Positions 11,641 through 25,462 of a stretch of 64,000 nt of DNA are shown in pieces. The notes under the pieces were generated by a model that did not search any database, had not been told where the DNA came from, and saw only the letters and a program-made list of their open reading frames with translations. The position numbers and the translations under genes are program-made. The stretch comes from Podarcis melisellensis (taxonomy: Eukaryota), in the NCBI GenBank assembly GCA_964234715.1, contig OZ174281.1; one strand, given 5' to 3'. Numbering within the stretch: the first letter of the stretch is position 1; each line of letters begins with the position of its first letter.

Positions 11641-13239
11641 GACATTGTAACAAAGTGAATTCACTCCATCACTTTTATGAGCCGATTATCCTGTTCAAAT
11701 AAGTTTTCCCTTGACTTGTGGGCACATGTTAGTTTTCAGACATTTTCTATTAGATAATAAAATTAATTTCTCAACACACAAGACCACATTCAAATTACAT
11801 ATTCACTACCGGAGACTGATAATCTTCATCAGAGAAAACCAGTAAGGTGATGTCACTTTGTCAAAAATAAGCAAAATTTAAGAAAAGTAAAACTAACTCA
11901 TATTAGTTTTCCAGTATTTAATCTTCAGAAGAACTGAGAATAAAGAAGAATGGAAGAATAACTCTGAAGACAACCCTCCAAAGCCTTTTCTACAGTCTCA
12001 TAAATGAAGGGAAGAACTGTTGCCTGGTCATACTGGAACCTCCAGATGCTGACCTCTACTTTTAGACCTCTCTAAAAGTAATTGCATATGACAACTTTGC
12101 CAGAGTTGTGAGTTTGTAACACAAAGCATTTTACTGAGGAATGTGTTTCAACAGAAAGTAAAACTGGAGGAAGGTCTCATCTGACAGTTAATATCCTCTA
12201 GGTCTGAAATATTAGAATTCTATTTCATCACAGCCATTTGCCAAATAAAAGGCAAACAGGAAATAACATAATAAAATGTACTACACCTAATAAGGGCTGT
12301 ATCCCAATATAGTTTTTAGATAGTCCCAAAGATTGGATGTGCCTAATGGGGTTTTACTTTTATTCTTTTAGCAACAGATCCCATGAAAAACCACTAACTA
12401 CTTTTGAAATCTCCCTCAGTTTCAAAAGTAGTTTGCAATGCAGCACACAGTCTGGTTTTCAAGAAACATATGCTCGAAGCTCCCTAGGATGTATGAAATG
12501 ATGTGTGTGGTTGTTTGGATTCCAGCCACTAGCTTCCCAATTAATGAATCAGTGACCTAGAGATGAAAGACTAGCTCTGACCATCCAGTCTATGACAATC
12601 TGTCATTTTCAATTAAGGAAGTATATTATGAGACTTTGAAGAACATACCACGGAGATCTCAGCATGCATCAATATGACGCCCATGAACTAAAGAATCTGC
12701 AGACATGGATGGTATGTACACCTATTTGAAATACGGTTTTCAAATCTCTCAAAATGAGCAAAACTAGAGATGACAAATTCCACGTATATAGAACCTAGCC
12801 ATTTAACACCTCAGTCCTATGGCTACTGACTTGGAAACAAATCCCAAGTTCAAGAGGCCTTACTCTGATGTAATTACACATAAGATGGCATGCTAAATCT
12901 TGAATATAGTAAAAATTTCATGCGTCTCATATTTATTCTGTCTCTGACAGTACCCAACTCACATGTGGCAGACAAATTATCCTTTTGACTACTCATTTTT
13001 ACTGGGAAAATGGTTTCTGAAAGTTGCTGATATCATATGGAGAAACGGATACAAATGATGGATACTTTTTCTTTGGAAGATTTAAAGTTGAGTCTTGGTT
13101 GGAGAGAGGAATTTTATACTTCATACTCCACAATTCTAACTATATCTACCCCAAAACAGAGTATACAAGGAGCTCAGCATACGTTCAGTGTGTGTAACGA
13201 GCTTGGTGCAAGATGTGAGAATTGTTATTTTGTCTCTTA

Positions 13240-13392
<153 letters not shown>

Positions 13393-14789
13393 TCATAAAT
13401 ATAACACAATAAAAGCACAGAATTTTTGTCCCAGTAAAGGTAGGGTGTGTGTGAATCTCCCAGTGAAGATGACATGAAGGGCTCTTCAGTGCCTGCTGGA
13501 AAGTCTTGCAGGAAGGGGAAGGATTAGGATTATCTGTATGTATGCAACAAGATTAAGCAGAGCCCCCTCTTTCCACTAAATGGGGATGTTTCATAAAGAG
13601 GGGGAAACTTTTTTTCCTTTTCCCATTCGCTAGAAAGTGCCCACTCCTTACTATATAGCAACCTAGCAACTTTTTAAGCAAACTACTTGTGAATCTAGCC
13701 CATAATGTTATATTCTAAGTGGCTATGCAGAGTCTCACACGGACAATTTTTTGTACCATTGGCTATCTGATCCTTTGCAGCGTTGTTCATTTATTTCTAC
13801 TCTCAGCTTCCTGTTACTTAACCAGGTCCTGAGCCACAAAATGATCTCACATTATTCCATGACTGCTAAGTTTACCCAGGGGTCTTTAGTGAAGTTGCTT
13901 ATATAGCTATAGTCAAAAAATAGGAAGTATATTAACAATATCTACAAGATACATAAGTGCAAGAGTGTTGATCAGAACATCTATTGAGTACCTTCTGTGT
14001 CTTCACAGCGCAATGTCTGCCTATGTCCACAGAACTAAGTTCCTGTTGATCCTTATAACCCTGAACTTTTATCTCACCCCCCTGCTCTCCTTCCTTGCAT
14101 TTTATCATTAGGCTTCTGAAACCGAATTAGCTTCAATATTGTTTACATAGCAAGCAATGTTACTATAGATGCATTTTAGCTCAAGGAAGCCAAACTTCCC
14201 TCCCACTGTTTTCAAAATTTCTCACAAAAATAATGACAACCTTACATATGATGGAGAGGTATCATCTTAAAGTACAAAACATTTCCCGCTCCCAAAAGTC
14301 TACAGGAAACATTGACTTTAAATTATTACCATGCCTAACGTATTAGCCAATTATTATTTAATGCACAAAATGGCTTTGTTTCCCCGTTTAATACTATGAG
14401 AAGAATTTGAAAGACAATATACTGTGTAAGATTTTAATGGCAGTAGCAAAGTTAGCCAATATCGCACATCAAGTTCTTTTGACTCCTTAAAACCCTACAA
14501 TGCAGCTATCATCTACTCAAGCTTGCCACGCCTGGTCACAAATCTAATTCAAATATTAAAAAGTAAACAGAGTTCATGGAGGGGAACAAATCATACCTTT
14601 CCTCATTTCTACACTGGAAGCATTTGACTGCTGAACTTGCCACCAGAGCTTTGTTTCCTAATTAACAGGACTGATATGTTTTCACCTTTAAAGGCCTTAC
14701 AGCTCCCTAGAGTAATCAATCTACTGCAGCTCAATTACTGCACCAAGTGCATACCACAGCCAGTGAAGGAGACTTGAACAACTGCAGCC

Positions 14790-14929
14790 NNNNNNNNNNN
14801 NNNNNNNNNNNNNNNNNNNNNNNNNNNNNNNNNNNNNNNNNNNNNNNNNNNNNNNNNNNNNNNNNNNNNNNNNNNNNNNNNNNNNNNNNNNNNNNNNNNN
14901 NNNNNNNNNNNNNNNNNNNNNNNNNNNNN
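14790..14929. other. Assembly gap (140 N) in RAB2A intron 6
   Basis: Run of N. Confidence 1.
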
Positions 14930-15754
14930 TCAAACGTGCACTGGAGCTCAGAAATTGGCTTTCAGCCAACTCTGAATTGATTTGCATTCTTCAGAAATGG
15001 AAGTTTTCAATATAAAAAAAGAAATACATTGTATTTTGGCTTCTGATAAAACACCAATTACTGCAAGGGCATAATATGCCATAGTAATTGAAAACTACTT
15101 ATAACTTTGGAACTTCATACAACTGTAATCTCTTATGCAATCTGCTTTGTTTTCATAAAACAACTTTTAAAAAATTCAGTTCTCAAATATTAGTTCATCT
15201 TGACGGCTCACCCTTAAAATATTTTTTTAAAAAATCAGGCATTAAATCCAAATCATCTGCACATGCAAAGAGGAGTATGGCATTATTTAGACATCTATTA
15301 AGAAGCGTACTGATGGCAAATAAAGGTCATGATACAGCAACTAAAATGTCATGATTGAAGTCCCATATATGTGGGAGGCTCCCATGCACTTTTATGACTG
15401 TCTACACAGATAGTGGCTAAACTACATGTCATGGTAAGCCAATATGAAACAAATGCCAACAAGAGGTAGTGGTTTGTAGTTTGCACTTCCCAAACAAGTC
15501 ACAAATAAAAACCAAGTTTTGTTCTTAGTTTTATAACCTAGATAAAACGCTTGCAATTTCTCCATTTCATGTTATGTAAACGTATAACTGTTAAAATATG
15601 CTTACTCTTTCACTCCAACAAAACTCATGGCTTCTGACAATTATCCATTATAATGGCGAAATAATGCCAATATCCTATGAAGGTGATCATAGGTCAATGG
15701 TAGACTATGAATCTGCCATGCATTTATTAACTCCAACATCTGAAGGCACAACAA

Positions 15755-16797
15755 GAAAGAAAAGCGGGAAGCATCTAAAGAAACCGGTGTGGCTGTATAA
15801 AGAGCTTACAGAGGAACTGAGATGAGGAAAAGGGAATGTATAAGAAATGGAAGGGAAATCCCAAAGGAAGAGTATAAACAAGTAGCCAACAGTTGCAGGG
15901 AGAAGTCAGGTGGGCCAAAGCTCTGAATGAGTTCCAGCTTGCAAGAGGTTAAGGTAAAGGTAAAGGTACCCCTGCCCGTACGGGCCAGTCTTGACAGACT
16001 CTGGGGTTGTGCGCCCATCTCACTTAAGAGGCCAGGGGCCAGCGCTGTCCGGAGACACTTCCGGGTCACGTGGCCAGTGTGACATCGCTGCTCTGGCGAG
16101 CCAGAGCCGCACACGGAAACGCCGTTTACCTACCCGCTGGTAAGCGGTCCCTATTTATCTACTTGCACCCAGAGGTGCTTTCGAACTGCTAGGTTGGCAG
16201 GCGCTGGGACCGAGCAGCGGGAGCGCACCCCGCCGCAGGGATTCGAACCGCCGACCTTTCGATCGGCAAGTCCTAGGCGCTGAGGCTTTAACCCACAGCG
16301 CCACCTGCGTCCCCCTGCAAGAGGTTAAAAGTAATACTAAAAGGATTCTTTGGCTAGTGTGTCCAGTTCTGGGTGCCACAATTTAAGAAGGATATTGACC
16401 AGCTGGAACATGTGCAGAAGAGGGCAGCCAAGATTATCAAGGGTCTGGAAACCAAGCCTTATGAGGAATGGTTGAGTGAGTTGGGTATGTTTAACCTAGG
16501 AAAGAGGAGACTGAGAGGAGATATGATAGCCATCTTAATATCTAAAGGGCTGTTATATGGAAGAGAGAACCAGCTTGTTTTCTCCTGCTCTGGAAGGTAG
16601 GACCCAGTAAGAGCTATTTTGACAGTGGAATGGACTCCCTCGGAAGGTTGTGGGCTCTCCTTCCTCATCAGAGGTTTTTAAGCAGAAGATGGATGGCCAT
16701 CTGTCGTGGATGCTTTACTTGAGATTCCAGCAATGCCAGGGGTTGGACTAGGTGATCCTCGGGATCCCTTCCAACTCTACAATTCTATCATTCTATC
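15755..16797 (+). mobile_element. CR1 LINE ORF2 remnant, internally deleted and interrupted by a SINE
   Basis: Peptides RKKSGKHLKKPVWLYKEL and [51 protein letters not shown]; CR1 3' end with ATTCTAT repeats. Confidence 0.88.
15953..16313 (-). mobile_element. Sauria-type SINE, second subfamily, inserted in a CR1 fragment
   Basis: (ACCTTT)n tail at left, tRNA head at right; 13-bp TSD TGCAAGAGGTTAA at 15940-15952 and 16316-16328. Confidence 0.9.
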
Positions 16798-18441
16798 TCT
16801 GGTTGAAAAGATATCAGTTGGTAGGACTGAGAAAGCCTAATGACATCGTGTGATTTCAGGCCAAAGTCTCACATGTTTCTATCCTCTTTTTCGGTGTCAA
16901 GATTCAGCAGTATGCCAATCTGTCTTAGTTTAAATAAATCCATAACCGCATAATCTGACTGAAGATGCAAATTATGGAAATGTTATAGGTTTAACATGGG
17001 GACAAGACACATTTTTAAAGATAGACAATATGTTGGTTGCAGCTTGTCAACAAACTTGCAAAATTTATTGGCATATTAGTATGCACAACAAGAACACCTA
17101 TAAATAAATGGTTGATTTAATAAAACTCAAAATTTATGAACATGACTTTTGCTACAAAAAGAAAAATACTTTCTCTTTACAGAACATTAAAATAATCAGA
17201 TTCTGACTTTTCTCTTCATGTAACATGCTGCCACCTGGTGGTTTTCAATATTAATTTATATTTACAATGGTCAATGATTTTCAATATTAAACTAGAAAAT
17301 TTCTAATAGTATAGTTTTATTTTTTCCCCTAATTCACTAAATATTATTATGCATATTAAGCTTAGGCTTCTCAGAAATTGAGGATGTGGGTGGAATCCAA
17401 TGTTATGAAAACAAACTTTTGTTTGTGCAACAGGACTTCCCTTTCTTCTGTTTCCCCTTCATTGCTCCCTAAATCTGCTCTGGTGGATTGGGGGCCTGTC
17501 AGAGCACATTTTCGAGGCACAGAGGGGCTGCAGGTAAGAGAGGAAGAATATGTTCTGCTGTGTGAGCAGAAATCCATTCTGTTTATGCACAGTGTTTGAC
17601 TAAACCCTATGCATTGCCATATGCCATCAAAACCACAAACCCTTGGCATGTTCAAGCAGTGTTATTAAAATATTTTAGAAATCTTCCCTGACACTAAAAT
17701 TTAGTGGTTCTCAAACTGTGGGCCAGATTTTCTGGTGCGTGCATCCATGCAGCAGCCATTTTTTGTTGCAGCCAAAGCTACTATTACTAAGCATAATATT
17801 GAGGCAGCAAATACAGAAGCTCCTTTCCCTCTTTTTCTAGTTGACAGTTTTTTAGGAGGGAGCCCAAAAACAACCTGTTATAGTCCTTTCAACAATGCCA
17901 ATGTTTAATCTGTGACTTGATGTACAGACGTTGAACACACAGCAGTGCGCTACATATAAGATTCTGTATGCTTACTTTGGTTGCTGGTAGATGCATGTCT
18001 TGTGTCTGCAAGTTTTAAAAAACTGAGAAACACTTCTTAATTTTTGTATATTACCTACTAGTTTAAAAGTGCCCTGAATTTGTGACAATTGTACTAGGGT
18101 TTCTTTGGACCAATTTGCACTAAACAATAAACCATACTACTTCACTAGTACATGGAGGAAACAAACCATGATTGTTCTTCTCATAAATCAGTTTTCTTGA
18201 GCAAATATAATGCCAAGCCATAGAGTCTGGTTTGTTTCTCCCCAGTGGAAGAACTATTAACTATAATTTACCATGAAGTATGAACGGTGCCTTTAAGGAA
18301 GAGCTAATGAATTAACTTTCTGAGGACTATGGCTCTGAAGTTCATGGCAATTGAGAGGAAACCAGATTTACGAACAAGGGAGAAATTACAACAGCAGCAT
18401 ATTTTAGCAAGGTACTCTGAAGTGACAGATGATAAGTGGTA

Positions 18442-18649
18442 CAGGTGAACCTTGGTTTCCAAACATTTCGGCTGCCAAACTTTTCGAAAGCCAATTGCCC
18501 CAAAGCCAGAAGTGAATGCTTCCATTTTCGAATGTGCCTCAGAAGTCAAGTGGGTTCCAAGGCACGTTTTTCCATTTTTTCCCATTGAATTTGCTGACTG
18601 CCCTTTGATCCTCAGTTTTCGAACGTTTCAGAAAACCGAGGTTCCATTG
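18442..18649. mobile_element. Tc1-mariner/pogo-type MITE
   Basis: TA-CAGGTGAACCTTGGTTT ... AAACCGAGGTTCCATTG-TA. Confidence 0.7.
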
Positions 18650-18953
18650 TAGTAGGAAAAACCAATAGAGAATGTTGAGGTAATCTAGACAAGATGAGCA
18701 AGGTAGATAAGCACTTTAGTTAATAACAACAACAACAACAACAACAACAATTTTATTATTGGGCTAATCTCTACCAATAATTTTAGTTGCAGGTGGGCTA
18801 AGTACTTCTGGTACAACTAATTCTATGGAAAAGGAAAAGACTAAGACTAAGGAAAAACTAGAGAGGATTCTGTGAAAACAGAAAGGAGGATGGCAGAAGG
18901 AAATAAAAATGATAACTTAAATTGTGAGAGGACGTGATCTGTGGTGGAAAGTA

Positions 18954-19168
18954 CAGTGGACCCTCTGGATACGAATGTAATTTATTCCAGGGGTCTGTAC
19001 GTACCCCGAAAAGTCCGCAAGCAGAGGAGCCGCTTCTGCGCAATACAGCGCTTCTGCGCAATACAGCGCTTCTGCGCACGGTGAAACCCAGAAGAATACA
19101 CTTCGGGTTTGCAGTGTTCGCAACCCAAGTTATGTTACCCGAAGGTAATGTAACCCGAGGGTTCACTG
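18954..19168. mobile_element. Tc1-mariner/pogo-type MITE with internal 18-bp tandem repeat
   Basis: TA-CAGTGGACCCTC ... GAGGGTTCACTG; (CGCTTCTGCGCAATACAG) about 2.7 copies at ~19031-19078. Confidence 0.75.
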
Positions 19169-19781
19169 CAATACAATAGTTTCAGAAAACAGAAAGGAAA
19201 GGAGCAAGAGACCCTAAAACTTGCAGGACATAGAGTGAGAACTGAAAGGAGAGATGTGGGATGAAGGCAAATGGAGTGGGGGGAGAGTAATGAGTGCAGA
19301 ATATAAAGTAAAAAATAGTGAAAACTGGTGTAGGAAGGAAGAAATCACACATGTGGTAGGAGGATCAGGCCAAAGACCCATCTAATTCAGCATCCAACCA
19401 AGCACTTACAGGAAGCCCATGAGTAGGACTTCAGCGCAAGAGCTAACACAGTGATATGTAGAGGGGAAAGCAAGATAAAATTGCAAAAAACAAACACCTA
19501 AGTAAAATGAACAAAATGCACCAGGAAAAAATCCTCACCTATCACATGATCTGAGCACATTACTAAGGGATGATATAAATCTCATGTTCCTTGGCTAACA
19601 TGAAAGACTTAATACATTGAAGTTGGAGAAAATGTGGAACTATAGAAGAAATATTCATCAAGAAGTTTGTGCCTTCCCAAAAAAGTTTTGCACCAAAGCA
19701 GGACCAATCTCAGGAGCACAAACCATTTCCACTATTAAGGTCAGATTCAACTTTATTTGTGTCCCAGAGAATTTCGCATTA

Positions 19782-20031
19782 CACTCGTACCTTGGTTCAT
19801 GAACACCTTGCAAGTTGAACATTTTGGCTCCCGAACGTTGCAAACCCAGAAGTGAGTGTTCCGGTTTGCAAATGTTTTTTGGAACCCAAACGACTGATGC
19901 AGCTTCTGCAGCTTCCGATTGGCTGCAGGAGCTTCCTGCAGCCAATCAGAAGCTGCGCCTTGGTTTCTGAATCTTTTAGAAGTCGAATGAACTTCTGGAA
20001 CGGATTCCATTCAACTTCCAAGGTACCACTG
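19782..20031. mobile_element. Tc1-mariner/pogo-type MITE
   Basis: TA-CACTCGTACCTTGG ... CCAAGGTACCACTG-TA; internal palindrome at 19908-19956. Confidence 0.75.
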
Positions 20032-20269
20032 TACCTGTTATCCTCCTAACATCACAGGATAATGAATAAATTTAAGTCTACCACTTGTTAGCAACACGAA
20101 TTCTGGATGGGCACCCTGGTGGACAATCATGTGACATTGTCAATTTCATATTTAAAGCTTAGAAGATGTTAAACTGTATAACGAGACTAGAAAATGGGGT
20201 TGGATGCAGAATTTGGTGTGAATGTTTAGCAAGCATTTGGGGAAGGCAAAATGGGGCCATGGCTGAGTA

Positions 20270-20514
20270 CAGTCATACCTCAGGTTACAGACGCTTCAGG
20301 TTGCGTTTTTTCGGGTTATGGACCCGCCGAAACCAGGAAGTACCGGAACGGGCTACTTCCGGGTTTCGGTAGTCACGTATGCGCAGAAGCTCTAAATCGC
20401 GCTTTGCGCATGTGCAGAAGCACCAAATCGCAACCCACATGTGCGCAGACGCGCCGCTGCGGGTTGCAAATGTGCGTAGCGCACAGATCATGATTGCAAC
20501 CCAAGCGTCCACTG
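20270..20514. mobile_element. Tc1-mariner/pogo-type MITE, family B-related
   Basis: TA-CAGTCATACCTCAGGTT ... AACCCAAGCGTCCACTG-TA; CpG-rich interior. Confidence 0.75.
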
Positions 20515-20792
20515 TACACAAAAACTACAGCTAGGTCATTTCTTTCCCAGTTTTACCTGAGCATTTTCACATGAGATTTGTTGAAGCACAGTAGTTCATT
20601 TATTTGTAGATTATTGCTGTTCACTGATAAAAGCAGAAGCATCTGCCTCCTGCCTTCATCAGATTAGTTTATATACAAAAAACTTGTTTAATGTAAGAAA
20701 AGGTGAAGATAAGAAAACCACATATTCTTTTTATCTAGCGGATCCCAACTTTTACTCAGAAGTAAACTTCACCAAGTAAACTCCACTCACTA

Positions 20793-21124
20793 TGTGGGTT
20801 AAACCACAGAGCCTAGGGCTTGCCGATCAGAAGGTTGGCAGATCGAATCCCCGTGACAGGGTGAGCTCCCGTTGCTACCCGGTCCCTGCTCCTGCCAACC
20901 TAGCAGTTCGAAAGCACATCAAAGTGCAAGTAGATAAATAGGTACCACTCTGGCGGGAAGGTAAATGGTGTTTCTGTGCACTGCTCTGGTTTGCCAGAAA
21001 GCAGCTTAGTCATGCTGGCCACATGCTGTACGCCGGCTCCCTTGGCCAGTAAAGCGAGATGAGCGCCACAACCCCAGAGTCGTCCGCAACTGGACCTAAC
21101 CGTCAGGGGTCCTTTCACCTTTTA
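20793..21124 (+). mobile_element. Sauria-type SINE, slightly 5'-truncated
   Basis: Colinear with the 5692 copy from TGTGGGTTAAACCACAGAGCC to the ACCTTT tail. Confidence 0.88.
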
Positions 21125-22152
21125 CTCCTAGAGAGGAAGGTGCACTGGACTGCAATTTTTAAAGCTATGTGGAACTGAGGAATACGGTGGAGAGATAGGG
21201 GTCAATTAACTCAGCTTTCAAGTGACTGAGTTAAATTTTATATGTCCCAATTGAGGGACAAGAAGTTCAAGTCTGCCCCTCTGAAAGCCACTGGGCTAAT
21301 CTTCTTGCCCAACATGGGGTTCCATGCCTCAAGGTTTCTGTAAGAAACTTACAGTCTGCCCTGACTTGCAACAATTACATGGGTACATTACTCAGTTTTA
21401 AGGGGGGGGGGAATAAGCTTCAGAAAAATCTAATGTTTAAATACAATTATGTTTGGGCATCTAAATAAGGTAAAAGTATGAAAATTGTGAATGTGACTAT
21501 TAGCTGTTCACTGACTAGAGTCTGGTTCTGCATATCCATTTGTAACTGACACTCCTGATTTAGTATCTTTCTTCTGAAAGTAACTTCCGGTGTGAGACAT
21601 GACTGCCATCATTATCTCCAGCAGATTCCCTGCTCCCCACCCCCCAGCCTCATTTATTATTCAAGCACCAGCATTTCTTCCATGACCTCTGGGAAAGTGA
21701 TCTAAAGGACCATCTCAAGTATATTTTAAAAGCATGTGTACTGAAAATGGAAAATAATTCTTTCCAATTTTCCAAATCACTTTTATTTTTCTTGATTAAT
21801 TTGTCAATTATTTTTCTCCCCTGTCCAAACACCCTTTGATAATTATATTATTACATTCTAGCTGTGTGTCGATCGCACATAAGTGGGAGGACACCTGTAT
21901 TTTATATTCAATTAACAAAATATTATGAATTGGTGACGCACATTCTTTTTCCAAAATCTCAAACATTTACCTAGAATGATGAAAATAACTAGCAGAAGAG
22001 AAGATGGAGAGAGACAAAACTTACTACTTGGCATTCGTTAATGACTCATACCAGATCAGGATCCTGGAGATTTGATTAGATCCAGAGACATTATTTTGAT
22101 CTCAAAGCTGTGTCTCTAACTTCCCACCTAAATTATACTCAGAGAGTAATCA

Positions 22153-22341
<189 letters not shown>

Positions 22342-24924
22342 TCACCTAGGCACATATCTTTACTTAAAATTAAGTCCATTTGTCTAGGTATACATTTGAT
22401 GAAGTCCAATATAGAACCTTAATCACCTTCTAAGTGACTAAAAAGAAATGTATTCACTATTACTGATTAAAAACCAATGATGAGGAGAGAAAAATGGGAA
22501 GGAGGATGGCAGAGAAGACATGCAGTCACTCCAAAAGCATCATGACAAAGAACTATCAATGTTGATTTCTAACAAGAGAGGCATCTCCTCAAAAATACAC
22601 TGACAGCATAATATGGAAAAATGACTCCCGGCAGCTTTTCAGACAGGATCCCAGCTGCCATTTTCATGAACCTCATTAGCCAGATTGTGGGAAACAGGAC
22701 ATTCCTGTCTACATTTCTCAGCTTATGCATCCTTATGCTACTTTGTGGTATAGCTTTCTAACTGCAGCTTCTATCTAAGTTCATAACCAGAAAATATAAA
22801 TTTTGAATGGATATTAATACAGTAACATTTCATTTACATACAAATGCCTGCTGGTCACTTTTACCTACTCCTTCCTCCAAAATCTCTTTTCATAAGTTAT
22901 ATGGGACATGTATTATTAGCAGCCCAAGATCAGTTCTGAATAACTGCAAGTTCCTATGTGGCTACATTGATGTTTGTCAAAACCTCACCCCAGACAGTTG
23001 GTCTTGCGGACCACTCTTTGTAGGTGGTGTTTAGAGCAAGCAGCCCCTCTCTCGCAGGCCTTGACACTCTTGGAACCTAACACAAGATGCAATGTTTCTT
23101 CACTCAACACTTATTTAAGTTATGGAATTAGCCAATGTAAGATGTAGTGCTGGCCACTAGCCTAAATGGTTTTTCTCGGTTTAGAATCAGGGGGCAACCT
23201 CCCCTATGAGGAATGGTTGCAACAGACACGTTAATGATTATTCGTATTTTAAAGCTATGACACACACTTAGCTTGGAATAAGTTCCTTTGAATTCAGTGA
23301 GTAGGATTGTGGGAGAGGAGTTGTTGGTTTTTATTCTTTTTCTTGTTTTTATTATGTATTTTGGGTTCTCATTTTGTATTTTTATGTTGTGAACTGCCCT
23401 GTGATATTTGGATGAAGGGTGGTAGACTACTACTACTAATAATAATAATAATAATAATGGCAGCCCAATAAAGTTCTGAACAACAGAAAGTTCCTATGTA
23501 ACTACAGTGATGCATGTAAAAACCTCACCACACAGATTGGTCTATTGTGTAGAAGTGGAGTGAGTCTGCACATCGGATGTGGACTTCCAGGCCCCTCTAT
23601 CAAGCTACACCTCACACTGGTGCTACACCTGCACTACTGTGCAGAACAGAATAAGTAATTCCTAGAGCCGTTTTGGTACATAAATTGCATATCAATTAAT
23701 AAATAATAGTACCTTTTAAAAAGTGGCCCTTCAGGCCTCTCTATCAGGCCTTGGTACTTGCCCCAGGCCACACTTCTCACTGGCTGTTTGTCTCGGGTGC
23801 TTGTGCCTTGTCACTGAACTGCGTGCAGAAACTCTGGCTTTTGCATGACTATGGTGTAGTCTACTGTACAAATATAAAAGTCAAACCAGTTGCTCTGCCT
23901 ACATTTGCCCCACCCGCTACTGGCATCTGGCTTATGCAAGGCCACCCAAAGGAGAGTACAGCCCTTCGGCTTAAAAAGATTCTTCAGTCTTGGTATAGAT
24001 TGCCACCTAGCAGCACCTAGTAAGCTATTTTTTTGGGGGGGGGGGGGAGACTACACTGCTTGCAAAATGCAAGAAATACAACTACAGTACGATCACCACC
24101 AATGAAATTTTATCTTCATTTTAGATAAAGTTTTGTTCTCCTTGAACTTGGGAAATCTGCTTTCTCCAATACATTGTTGCCAACATAAGAGTTATTGGTA
24201 GCATAATGACAATCTTTAAGTCATTCGGTCCAAACTATGTGTGAACTACTAGTGCTAGACAGAATCTGAAAAAGCTCAGCATGTTAATAATACAGCATTG
24301 ATCGAACAACTGAATGTTGTACTTCTGTGAGTACAACACATTTTTTTCCAGACAACAAAGATATCTGTTCATCAATGATGATAATACTATGAAGTAGGAC
24401 ATTTAAAAAACATCCAGAGAATTATATGAAGAATTGCAGTAAGCAGACCAAAGATATTCAACAAGCCTCCAACTCGAGTTAAGAGTTCCACCGTGGTAAC
24501 CTTGAGATCAACTGCAAAGGAGTCTAGATTGAAAAAGAACTAGCACATTGTAGGGCAGCTGAGACATGAAGCTAGCTAAATGTTAAAGGGAATATAAACA
24601 TTTCAGTCTTTTAATCCAAGAATAGCTAATGTGATGCCCTATACATGTTGTGGGTTACAACTTCCACCATCCTGAGCCTAGGCCATGATGGCTGAGGCTG
24701 ATGTATGCCAAAGCATCTAGAAACACTGTGTTGGGTACCCCTGTTTTAACTGGCATTCAAATCTAGAATTGGATATATTACTAAAAAAAAATTTCAAAAA
24801 TGTCAAGTTGTTTTTTTGGCAACTCAGCTGACTCAAACCAGGATCATCAAATGTTAAAATTTTTTTTTTAAAAAAAATAAAGGTCATGTACTCAATATGC
24901 TACTTGTTATGGAGCAGGTTTTTA

Positions 24925-25158
<234 letters not shown>

Positions 25159-25354
25159 TTAATGACTTTACCGGTTGTTAACCTAGGACTTATACACTGG
25201 ACAACTGATGTGCAGTGGAAGTCACTTTAGTTCCCTTCTGCTTCCACCACCAGTTGAAAACCAGTTTTAGACATTGAAATCTGTTAATGATTTAAAAAAA
25301 AACATACAGAAAAAAGCTAGTTACAAAAGTCTAAAAAATTCTGAAAGATTCTCA

Positions 25355-25462
<108 letters not shown>

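Noticed and set aside
19031-19078. Short regular repeats here and in the 50559-50670 block as a CRISPR-like array
   Set aside because: Head-to-tail repeats without unique spacers, inside eukaryotic transposons.
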